From assembly GCA_009103225.1 (NCBI GenBank), contig RHPI01001715.1:124001-188000 (forward strand): 64,000 nucleotides of DNA, written 5' to 3'. Below are positions 1-11,800 of the stretch, one piece after another. The notes under the pieces are model-generated. The model searched no databases and was not told the DNA's origin. It saw only the letters and a program-made list of their open reading frames with translations. The DNA is from Chlorokybus atmophyticus (taxonomy: Eukaryota; Plantae; Mesostigma and Chlorokybus algae). A program made the position numbers and the translations under genes. Numbering within the stretch: the stretch's first letter is position 1; every line of letters begins with the position of its first letter.

Positions 1-3000
1 GTGTGGCTGGCGTTCTGAAAGCTGGGATGTCATCAGAGAAATCGACCACCGGAGTCGAGGAAACAACACTTATCACGCGTAAACCTGCATGCGGGTGCTG
101 GTACTCAGACACAGTGCCTTGGTAGAACAACTAGAGCATGGACTGCAGGCCCCACAGCTCATGCGCCGGCAAGCGCACGCTTACCTTGGTTGTTTACAGC
201 CTGAGTGAGAGACAGGGGGCCGGTGCCGTCGCTTGCAGCAATAAGGACTTGCACCAGCTTAGGTCCAAGCAAGATGCTGGGTACAACAATGAAGTACTTG
301 GCCGTGACCGGGGCTTCTGCTCGGCGAATGGCGTAATTGGCAGTCGCACGCACGCTGCCCAATAGAAATGCATGGGTGACACAGTGTAGTGCTGATTGCA
401 TTAAGGTTAGTATTGTCACCCATGATCATGGTTTGTCAGTATGTAACAGCGCATGGGCGCTAGTTGACAACAAACGCACCACCGGATGCTGAGCAATGTA
501 ATGCCAGATTACATACGTAAAGTTGGAGGCGTACGGGGAGATCACAGCCGCCAATGCAGCAGAGATCTGGGCGTCAACAAAAGGGATGTCGAGGACTTGC
601 AATGGGTTGGCCAGGATGATCGTCAGAGTCCCAGTGATTATCACATAACCGTCCGGAATGGGCGGACAGATTGCTGTTGAACCTCCACAAGCCTGTATTG
701 GAGACAAACGAACTTAGTGCTGCACAGAGACATGCTGTTGAAGAGTGTGCTATTGGCAAGACTCATGACCAGCACCTGCAGCAAGTTGCGCCCTGTGCCA
801 CTGTAGTAATTGTTGTTGTCACCGTTGTTATTGTTGCAGCGGTAATTGTAATCATCGCAACAGCGTTCACCCTTGCGGCCGTTTCTGCTGCTGCCTCGCC
901 AGCAGTCTTTGCAGCTGGAGTCTCCACCGCAATTAGAGTCCTTCGCTGCTTTTGAGAGTTGCTTCTGAATAATTTGCGAGATGAGTCCACTCTGGGAAAA
1001 CGCCTTGGCCACGGTATCAACGCACATTGCGTAGTCGTTACGCATGCGCCAGCAGTTGCCGGTTGTTTGTCGTGCACAAGGGCATAGTTGGGATATAGAA
1101 CAGCCATCCAAGTTCACAACCTGCTCACAGGTGGTTAAGTCGTGCATGTGAACCTGTGTTGAGTGGTGAACAGTGACACTCAACGGCTAGTGCAGCACAT
1201 AGAGGTGTGGCATGAAGTCTTCACCTGGCCTAAAGGGGTTCCTGGGCACTTGTCCTTTGAGTCTGGCACGCGGTCAGAGTCGGCATCAACTGCACCAGAG
1301 AAGTCACTGTGAGGTTATGCAACATGCTTGCGAGCATGTGAAAGGCAGCGTGTGGTGGTGATGCCTCAGGTTACGTCCGGTGACCACCAAGGCATACAGC
1401 ATTCTGACTGTCACTGAAGAGACCAAGCTGTGACTGCACCTTTTGCTAAGGCAGCGAGGGCGTCAGCGAGACCGAACCCGGACAAAAAGTCAAACCCGCT
1501 GATGCCAATGTTAATGCTGCTGCTGCGCATTGCTGCAGACAACAAAGGTGCCTACAGCAAACACGAGTGTCTGAACTTTCTGCCAGACAACAAGCAGGCG
1601 CGCGTGCTGAGATGAGAGCAGTGCAATGAGAGAGAAAAATTGCAAAAGTGCTGCAGCTTCACTAGGCACTGAACAACTTGTCGCTGGGATGCAAAGCGAT
1701 CAACAAGCTTTCAGACGTGTACCGTACCGTAGCCGATGGATAGACACCCCTGAAGAGTGCCGCTGCAGCAGCGAGGTGCGGTGCAGCAGCGCTGGTGCCA
1801 ACAAAAGTTGGTCGCCCGCACGGGGGCAGAATGTCCGCAGTCACGCCCGGTGAGAAGAAAGAGACGTCGACGCCGCTCGGCCCGACAAGATCTGGCTTTT
1901 GACGGAGAATGGGCTGTGCCAAACGTGTGCCGTCATTGCCAAAGAGAATTGGGACTCCTCCAATGCTGCATGGCAATGCTCGGTTACTGTGCAAGTCACC
2001 CAGCACAAGCATGCATATTGTGGGAAGGGTCGTCAGCACACCACGGGCCAGCAAGACTGTGCGCACACGTACACTCTCAAGTTGCACAACAAGCACCTTT
2101 GTGCTCACCTTGAGAATGATGCCAGGACTGGTGGGCAAGTCCCAAAGGCTGGTGTGTCCTTGTAGTCCACGGCGCCAACTGCCAGCGCACTGGCTGAATT
2201 GGGGTGGCCAAACACAGTGCCAGCTCCCCAATTCCTCGTGTCTATAGGTGCAGACTGACCACCAGAGCTCTGCAAACGGGATGAGAACAGGCAGTAGTAC
2301 AGCTTAGCAGGTCTGAGTAGAGCTGCCAGGTGACGCCAAAGCAGATATTGACTAAGCGTACAACGAAACCTACCACAAGTATGTACTTCATTCGTTTGGG
2401 AGCAGCTCCTGCTGCAAGGGTTATTTGCAGATAGATTGTGCAGGCTATATTTTGTGCAGGCTGGCATTGGTATGTCACGAGTTCAAACGCCCTGCCGGAG
2501 ACCACATTGTTGTCTGTGCTGGAGGCCAAGGGAGTGGCGGTCTGCACAACAAGAAAAGGTTGAGTGCGACACAGTCACTGGAGGCCAGAGTCACTTGTGC
2601 AGTTTTAATACTTGGAACATCAACCACACATTTGCTAATGTGGCGCACATGTGTACCTCAGCAGTGGCAAAGATGGCGATGTTGACGTCGTTCTTGGGTC
2701 CAACGCCATTGGTGGCTGAAGAGAAGGGCTCATCCCATTGAAAGGCGATAGAGACCGTGCAGCTGTAGCAAACTGATATCGCTTGACGGTAGACTCCAGC
2801 GGAGAAGGCATACGCACTGGACGGGCCACCAAAGGTGCAGCCATTCGGACACGCAACCTCCCACGAATTGCCTGCGACAGGTGTGCGTGTTGGTGCTGCT
2901 CTTCACTACGAGGTGTAGTATTACTTAAGTAGTCACTGACCAGCATCATTTCCAGCAGCGGAGTACCACACAACGCCCTGAGCAAACAGCGTGTTGGCTG

Positions 3001-4454
3001 CTTGCGCTAATGCGCCATCCATAAAGAAGGGTTCCTGACAAAGGTCACACGCATGTCAGCACAAGGTGACGACCACAGGAGGCCATCCACGTCGTCAGGA
3101 GGTTGTACATTGCTTACCTCATAGAAGCCAAGGTCGTCAACTATCACATTGATACCAGCGGCTACAATCTGGTCTACGGCACTAACGATGCTCAGCGGGC
3201 CTTCGTAACCGCTGAAAAAATACAGTTGAGCCCCAGGCGCGACGTCATAGACAATCTGTGTAAAAATCATTTACATGGATATGGCGGAGTACGAGTATTG
3301 TCAATGCTCATATGCTGATCACGCCGAGTACACATTCTAGGTGCAGGCATGGCTAGGGACCAACAGCACTGTTTGGTACCTGCAGCATGGCTCGACCTTC
3401 ATCGCGGCCAGCAATGGTTGACGACAACTCCCTCAGCACTACCACTGAGCTGTCACCACTCGGAAGATCGGCTGTGAACTGGTCAGCATGCAGCCCTTGC
3501 AGTGAGTTGAACGAGTCCGATAACACAAGTATCTTGGTGCCAGCACCTGCTCATTGGAAAGGTGTTCAGCTTCACACATGTTTCGTTACGCTCGACTCCA
3601 AAACAGAAGATTATGTTATATTGCGGACAGCCAAAAAGCTGGCTGTTGACAGCTTTACACAGGTCTTGACACGGATGATCACACCTGTGCGCAATTCGCA
3701 CCATAGGGCAGCACCAAGCAGAGCCACAAAGCAGCACCACCGTGAGTGCGCTCATGTACCTGTAACTTGGTACTGTTGTCTGATAACATCAGCATAGATG
3801 GCCTGGTCACCGGCCGTAGCTGCAATGCCCTGAGCTCTTCGCGTGGGGTACGACCGGTCGGCATGCTGCAGATGGTCCAAAGTGTCCAAAAGCAGGATGA
3901 CAGACTTAGGTAAGACACCGTTGATGTGAAGCCCGTGCCTGTACAAAACAGACGTGATTATGGCTCAATGCAGTGCAACAACAGCGCAGCGGCATGGACA
4001 TACCTGCCAGACAGCTCGAAACTGAGCGGCACTAGCTCATCCAGTAGCAAATCCGTGTCGTACTTCGCAACCAAGTTTACTACTACGTGTTTTTCACCAA
4101 GGCCATGCGAGTGCACAACCGGCCCTTCAGCCAGCCTTCTTCCGCGCGCGGCATGCTGCTCAGCAACAAGGCGAAGGCCGCTGCTGACTGTCGACAAAGC
4201 TGGCAAAGCAGATAGTGTCGTTTAGTTGGGATGTCCCTTGAGCAAGCTTATCTTGCCACAATGTGACCGATAGCAAAGATGACAGATGTCACTCACTATG
4301 GCACCACACTGTACACGTGTGCATTGAATGGTGCTCTGCAATCGCAAGTGCAGTGTAATACTACCATGAGTCGCTTACGCAGAGTTGCGTGGGCTGTGCT
4401 GAGCAGCAATGTGGAGAAGAGGGCGAGCCGTTGCAGTGCGGTCCATGTGCACAT
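1..4454 (-). CDS. Secreted S8/S53-like serine peptidase of bacterial type, multi-exon, with TSP3-like repeat and C-terminal extension; continues past the left window edge
   Basis: Minus-strand exons read in order: putative signal MCTWTALQRLALFSTLLLSTAHA (ATG 4454, tentative); prodomain; VLSDSFNSLQG (~3520); GRDEGRAMLQ|IVYDVAPGAQL..VIVDDLGFYE|EPFFMDGALAQAANTLFAQGVVWYSAAGNDAG; FQWDEPF (~2735); VFGHPNSASALAVGAVDY..TPAFG; GGVPILF..RQKPDLVGPSG..FVGTSAAAPHLAAAAAL (~1700, catalytic Ser motif); GFDFLSGFGLADA; DADSDRVPDSKDKCPGTP (~1260-1300). Last exon GLRVISVVSSTP.. stays open to position 1. Confidence 0.88.
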
Positions 4455-6594
4455 GGAAAACTGAGCGGAGCGCATTGCTTGCGATACGATTTGGCTCTGG
4501 TGGTTACAAGCAGCAAAACTATCATGATAAGCATAGAAAGCGTCCCTTGTCAAAGGCACTACCAACATGCCATGACACATACGCTGGCGAAGCACTCACC
4601 TGTCAGCAACTACCTATCACTGCGGTTTGAGCACCTTTCATCCGGACAAGCTTGCCCTTATGTTAACCTGCGCAAACAGGGTGAGTGTCAGCTTCAGTGG
4701 CAAGGTTGTCTGTAACACGCTCAACAACATGGGTACTGGTACTTGGCTGCACAGCTTGCGTGGGCAAGTGTCCAGCACACCCACTACACCTAGCTAGGTG
4801 TGCTCGGTGTGTTGGACACTTGCCCCACACAGCCAGCGTGGTGAACCTGACAGCTGTGGCCTAGCACCTGCTCAACCAGCTGCTCGCACTACTGCACGTA
4901 CGAACTACACCAAGCTGCCAGGGCTACACAAACACAAGTCAATCATTCAGCCAAAAAAATTGCTATGCGACTACCCATGCAGCTGCTCGTTGCTGTGGTC
5001 TACCAAACCGCTGCCAGCAGTAGCTCGTTCCTACCACTACAAGCGCAAGCGCTTGACAAACTGGTGTTGCTGGTACCCAACTTAAACCGACAGCAACGGT
5101 CATGGCGCCTACTAGTGGTAGTTTGCCGCTAGCAACGTCAGACAAACGGTAGACCAAGCTAACCACACGAAGGAGGTGTTGGCATTAACCAGCTACTACT
5201 GCTGGCAGTGGCATGCTGTCATGCGTGGCTCAGTAAGCATTGAACTCTAATGACAGGCTTCCTGTTGCTAGAAGGGGGGCTTCGCCTCTGGCGTGTCAAC
5301 ATTGCACGTCGCCAGCCCCATGCTGGACAAACCTTCTTCTCTAAACTGGAGACTGCGACAGCATGCCCTCAAACCTCATGAACAAACGCAAGAGTGCATG
5401 CCAGTTGACAAGCAACCTGCTTCCTGCAGATTATGCGCAATTGTATACCACCACACCTTACCTTGAAGCTGCCCCCGCTCCAACCTTGCACCCTCAACTC
5501 AACCGAGCTAACCTGTGCAATGTCTAGCTAGCCACGCAGGCAGCTGACCGCGAGTGCACGCGAGCTCTGCGACTCCAATTTCCTCCACCCGCCACTTTGT
5601 GCTGTGATGGAAACCCAACGTCAAGGCACGAACAGGCTAACAACGTCGTCGGGGTGGACGAGGGCGTCGCTCAGGGCGTCGGCGGCGGAGGGCGGCAGCT
5701 TCTGGGCAACGCACGGTGCGACGAGTCCACAAGTAATGGCCGTTCTGTGACGGTCACTGAACGCAGTTCAGCCGGTCGTCGCTTCACAACTTCGCTCTCG
5801 GAATGGGACTCAGAATCGGACTGTGGCGGCCAGTTTGACCGATGTGGACTCTTGCAGTTCCGAAGAAAACCGCTCAGGCTCAGCCCTCGCACGGCAAGGA
5901 CAGCCCTTTCTAGGCAGTCATGACGAAAGTCATTCATGCCGTGTCCGTTCAGAGTGCGGCGCACGCTGTGGCAGTCAGCTTCTGAACACGTGCGCGGCGG
6001 TGCGTTCGCAACACTTGTACGTACACGTAACTGAAGCCGCGGACTTCACCAACGCCAACTCGAATCACATTTTGACATTCACCAAGCGACAGTGAGCGCG
6101 GCTTGGCACGCCAAGCGTGTGGACTCCACACTGCGGAGCCCTACTGTTTGTGCCGGAGCATGTTCCGCAGCAACCTGTTTCGTTGTAATGAACACTGCGT
6201 GTCACAACGATTGCCCGTCTACTGTACGCAATGAGGTACTAAATACCTTTATAAACCTTTATTGTGAAACAAGACGACCGTTTCATCTGCTAGTGACACA
6301 TTGTTGCTACATGACGATGCGTGTAATACAAGATCTTACCATGGTCACTTACCGTAGTGTCAACAACTTTTGCTGTAAGTTGCTAGATATTAAACAACTC
6401 CGCAAGGGCACCTTACAATGGTTGGTTAACGGTTACAGATGGTGGATGCCGGTTACAAATGACTGCAATGCATAAGTTGCCAGATTTAAGAATCTGCCTC
6501 CAGATAATAATAGTAGTAAATGTTTCGACAAAGCTTTTTAATGAATTTTGAACCATCACGTCAATAACATTGATACATGCATGTTATCCTGGTG

Positions 6595-7116
6595 TGTAAC
6601 GGGAAGGTACATAAAGAGACCACAAATTGACAAGAAAGCACCAAGTCTTTTATGGTCGAGTGGGCAATGACATTGGTCATCGGACCTTGAGACCCGGGTT
6701 TGATGCCTACCTTGCACACAATTTCCGCGGTCGTTGTTTCTCGATCCTGTAACGTTGTAACTGTCACTTCATAAGTGCCATCATCGATGAGTCGCGACTT
6801 GCCTAATGGCAGCGCCAAACTGAGCAGTTCGGTCGCCGCGGCATCGATGGGACGCGACCTGCCTATCGCGGCGATGCGACCCGGGGGCCGACAACGACGC
6901 GCTTGGCGCGCGGTTGACCGGTATGGGCCCGGCCTTGACAGTAGGGCCGGTGACCGACCCTAACAAACCCCTGGGATGATTCTCCAGCTGAGCATGGGCA
7001 GCTGCCGAGGATGTCAGTGTGCTTAAGTGGGGGGAATGTAACGGGAAGGTACAATAAATAACCACAAATCGACAATAAAAGCACCAAGTCTTTTATGGTC
7101 GAGTGGGCTGTGACAT
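6595..7116. repeat. Two ~80-bp direct repeats (6595-6672, 7037-7116) flanking a GC-rich, palindrome-rich spacer
   Basis: TGTAACGGGAAGGTACA...CACAAAT.GACAA.AAAGCACCAAGTCTTTTATGGTCGAGTGGGC..TGACAT occurs twice, 442 bp apart. Confidence 0.85.
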
Positions 7117-8898
7117 GGTGTGCACGTTTGCAGTTGTACTTTAACGCTATGCTTATTGCTGTCGAACGACATTTATATATCTTAGTTGAGTAGAAAGCAA
7201 CTCACGTGTACTTTTATTAACGTAGTAGCTACACCGGAGAACCAATCAATAGTTATAATATGGCTTGGGTTGTAGTTGGTTAGTAATTAATTAGTTGATG
7301 GTTGATTAAATACCTTATTAATAACATCAACTTCAATGCATTTACTTCATCATTGACCATAACATTTGAAGCTTGAAGTATACATTACCTCGTCAAGTGA
7401 GCGTGAGTCGTAAGCTTAGCATATGCGGCAACTCTACTGCCGCTACCAATGGTGGTGAGTTACAGTGCATCGACACTATAATGGTAGAGCCCCCCCCCCC
7501 TCCCTACCTCTAAATTTGCCCCGCAGGGCGGATACGCCATGTTTGCCTCAACTATAACGAATATAAGAGTTGGCCGCAGACGTCACGTACGGTTCAGACT
7601 GAGACACAACAGTTATGTTCCAAAACATTTAAAAAATAAAACACGTTCTATATGCATGACGCATATAAGGAACCAACATTTTACGGCTATATAATATCAC
7701 GCAGAGTTGCGCTGCAAAGCGCTTTGCAGCGTGACTTTGCGTAACACGTGATGCAACGTGACTCGGCGTCACACCATTGTCAAGTACACGCATTGTTACA
7801 CATGTTGTTCGACGCAGTAAATGCGGTCAATGCTGCAATGCTTCGTGTACAACGTTGATTGATGCATGTAATCGTGCCGATAAATGTATGTCTTGTTATG
7901 TAATGTATGTATATTGAAATTACGGTTTTATTTTCCATTTTGGTGGTTTTTAGTTTTAATAGTTCGTGTGTTGTTGCTTCTGATTGTCGCATAATTTGCT
8001 TTAACAATATAAGCTTAAATGAACCTTAACATAACAATGTTGTTCGGAGTTTTATTCTTTGTTCGTTCGGTCATGCTCAAACCTATGTTTAGCCCTAGCC
8101 CTGCTTGCGGCAGTTAATGATGACGATGGTTAAGGAAAACGACATATAGCTACTCATGTAGCAAAGCAAGCCATAATGAATTTGGTGATCAGGCTTGCAA
8201 TCACTTTTGGTGCGATTTACGATTATGATTTTGATTTCATGTCAACCATCTCGATGAATGCGTTAGTGGGGCTTTACTAAACACATTGCCTTACAGCACA
8301 CGAATATTATCGCCGCGCGTGCACTAGTCTTTGCACACAACAACCGTGTGACAGGTAACCACGCTAGTCATGCATGCATGACTAGCAGGTGGGCGGTAGA
8401 GGTTGCCTAAAGGGCAGAGCGTAGGTAGCTCGCCAGCGCGTTGCTTAGCGGTGGGTGTATGTGGCGTTGAGGTGAATGTGTTGTGCAGTGTGAGGTGTTG
8501 CATGCGTGGTGTATTGCGTGCATGCGCGATTGCCCTTCTCAGTTACTGTACATGTTCGGTATAACAGTTTGCGCTAATTGGCAAATGATGGAGTGAAGTG
8601 CAATAATCAGCAGCAAATGTATTTGTACAACAGCAGCGCCTCCAGGCAACAATCGTGGGGACCATAACAATCACCCAATGTATCACAGCATGCAACAACC
8701 TCCTTCTTGCAAGGTGCTGGTTGTTATATTGCGTGCGGGTCTTCCGCGCGTTTGCTGCCACATCGCTCCGTTCCCTTCATGTTACTGAATACAAAAGCAC
8801 ATCAGGGCCATGAGTAACCTGGGGCATGCGGCCAGTCAAGCCGACATGAGAGCAAACTGAACATAGCAGTGGAAAACGCAAGGTGTGATGCTGTCTGG

Positions 8899-11800
8899 CT
8901 AATGTTGCAGCATGCACGCATGCACGTGCCTCAAACTGTATACCTTCTTTTTGCTCTTTTTCAAGGACAGTGTCGCAAAGGCTGCTGTTGCAGCGCTGAT
9001 GTGTGTGAGGGATGCGCTAGCTGCTTTCCTTCCAGCTTTGACCAGCAGCTCTTCCAGGTTTTTCTTCTCTTCAGTCACAGCATGAAGATCCTTCTGCATG
9101 CTCGCATTGCTCTGTCTTGAATTCAGCAGTTCCTGCTGAAGGCTTGCCAGCTCGCTCTGTTTGGAAGCAAAGTCCTTTTTTGATGTGCTGAGCTCCTGCA
9201 TTACACAATCATAGTCAACGCTGCAATCACACTGCTGGGCATCCCATATGCTTTCATACCAGCCACGACAGTCAAGTTTTGTGACAAATGTGAGTCAGCA
9301 AGCTGTGATGATGCGTGTAACCTGTTGCAAGCGCTGGTGGTTTCGCTGTCTTTGAGACCGTTGGATGACCAGGGCAGCAGCAGTACGCGTGGCATCCTCT
9401 GAATGCAGCTGAAGCAACCCACCGCATCACATCTGTTTGCAATCAAGCCGACAATGCAAATACCTGGATGCAATCAAATGTATGCCTACCTGGATCGCAG
9501 TCTCATAACTGGCAATGCGCTGCTGCATCTCCATCAGTTGCTGCTTCTGTGCTGCTATTTCTGTTAAGAGGACCACATGTTGATGCGTGACAGGCCAATG
9601 TCATGTCAAACACAACAGCTTACCATTGTTGGCTGTGTCCAGGGAAGCTGCTACTGTGTCTCTGGAGGCAGTAGTTGCTGCCAGCTCATCTTGCAAACCC
9701 TGCGGTTATATCGGTTAAGCACACACTAATCACAAACATGCCAACATGTGCCGTGAGGAGTCACCACAGCATGTCCATACATCTCGAAGCTTGCTCAGTT
9801 CCTTTGCTTGGCCTTCTGCAACCAAGTACTGTTGATGCCACTTGCTGCTCTCCTCGCGAGCGGCAGCCAGTTGCACATTCAGCTCCTGACAGTTTGCCAA
9901 CAGGTCATCACGCTGTTTCTCCAAGGCAGCAGCGCTAATCGCTGCCTCCACAAGCTGTTGCTTGAGCAGGAGACACTGTTCAGACAGGCCGGCGGACTCC
10001 TCACGTGTCGCCTGTAATAACTGAATTAAACAATCCCGCTCTGTCGTACGCGCAGCTGCCTCTGCCGTGAACTGCTTTACATGTTCAGACAACTGCCGAC
10101 ACGATTCTGATAGAGCGGCGGACTCTTCCCGCGAGGATTTGAGTGAGTAAGACAACGACTCTCGCTCTGTTGTCAGCTCAGCTGCCTCTGCTGTAACCTG
10201 CTTCACGCGCTCAGACAGCTGCCCACACTGTTCCGACAGAGCGGCAGACTCTTCCCGCGAGGCTTTGAGTGAGTGAGACAGCGAGTCTCGCTCTGTCATA
10301 AGCGCAGCTGCCTCTGCTGTGGACTGCTTCACGCGCTCAGACAGCTGCCGACACTGTTCCGATAGAGCGGCGAACTCTTCCCGCGAGGATTTGAGTGAGT
10401 GAGACAATGACTCTCGCTCTGTTGTCAGCACAGAGGCCTCTGCCATGGACTGCCCTACGCGCTCAGACAACACATTCCTATGCTTGCTGAGAGCCAACAC
10501 TTCCGCTTGAGCAATTCCTAACTGTTCGGCTAGGTTGAGCCGCTGCTTCGACAAAGACTCTATCTCAGCCACAAATACCTGCAACCCACACTTGTCGGTG
10601 AGCAACAGCTACAAAGCATGGTATGGTGATCGTATGCTTACTGTTGTGCGCAACTGCATGCTTACCTTGTGCTTCTGCTTATGTGCAGCAGCTTCCTGAA
10701 ACAGCACAATCGACAGTCAGCAAAGCGGATGGCATACTGTATGCGATCACAAGCCAGGAGATGACTTAAACATGCAGGACAATCCTATTGTGAATGTGCA
10801 ACTTGAGGACATGACAGACAAAGCAAACATGTCACTTTCAGTAGTGTACCTGTTGCAGTCTCTCTTCGTGCTTTGCTTCAACGGCAGATAACCTGCAAGC
10901 ATAGTAGCAGTGAGGAACATCCCGCTCTGACTGGAGAAAACATATGCACTGTCTTCAGCGCACCTGTCTGCCCACTGTGCCGTGAGAGCCGACAGCTCCT
11001 GATGATGAGAATCCCTTTCTGACTTGAAAGCCCTTTGCATGGCCTCCTTCTCTTGTTCATGCAGTTGCAACCGCTGCTTTGTAAGGGACAGCTCTTCCTC
11101 TCTGGTCAAGACTACTGCCTGCGTTGCCACGTCAGCTGTGGCAAAGCTTTCTATGACAACCCGCTCATTGCAAGCAAATGTCGCACACATTGTGGCTTCC
11201 TCTCACACACACAGCGTTCAAAAATGCGCAACCAACTTCCCCTTGTGTTGGCAAATTCGGTAAAAAAACAACTGCCACACAGTGTATACCTCCAGGGAGT
11301 GCAGCTTGTCATTATGCATATCCAGTTGCTCCTGCCATGCACAGCACGATAAGACAGAGTACCGTTGTTGCCAACAACCTTGCAATGCTGGTGTGCCATC
11401 CCATGGCTTGAGTAAATGGTTGCTGCGGACCGTGCCCGAAGTCCACGGGGGAACGTTCTTCAACAAGATACAGGGTTGCAATAAAACAAACTCTGTGACT
11501 TGACTTTAACTGGCACCGTTCGACTGACATTAGCCATGTTGGCACAGACCATCCAACACACTTATATCGCTTACCTGCAGGCTATCACTGAGCTCCTGTA
11601 AATCAACAACTTCGTTGACGATGGCTTTCGTCTTGACCTTCATTGCCTGTGGTCCCCAGTATGCCATCAATCGCTCTATTACGAACCAGCGATAGCATCA
11701 TGCGCTGTCGTGCAAAGACTGTACCCTTTGTCCAAACTGCAGGGAGTTCAAGCTTTCCTCCGCATGCATTTGGCAGGGTCCCACATTGACGATGAGTGAA

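Noticed and set aside
763-1107. Minus-strand frame AAETAARVNAVAMITITAATITTVTTT resembling a fibre or coiled-coil protein
   Set aside because: Alternate frame of the peptidase exon; the frame carrying GCSISQLCPC splices correctly to the upstream exon.
5560-5960. GC-rich island with fragments such as LPPSAADALSDALVHPDDVV and RVHIGQTGR
   Set aside because: Frames are short and stop-bounded, with no consistent splice path or recognisable family. The GIY-YIG-like 'HIGQTG' lacks the rest of the motif.
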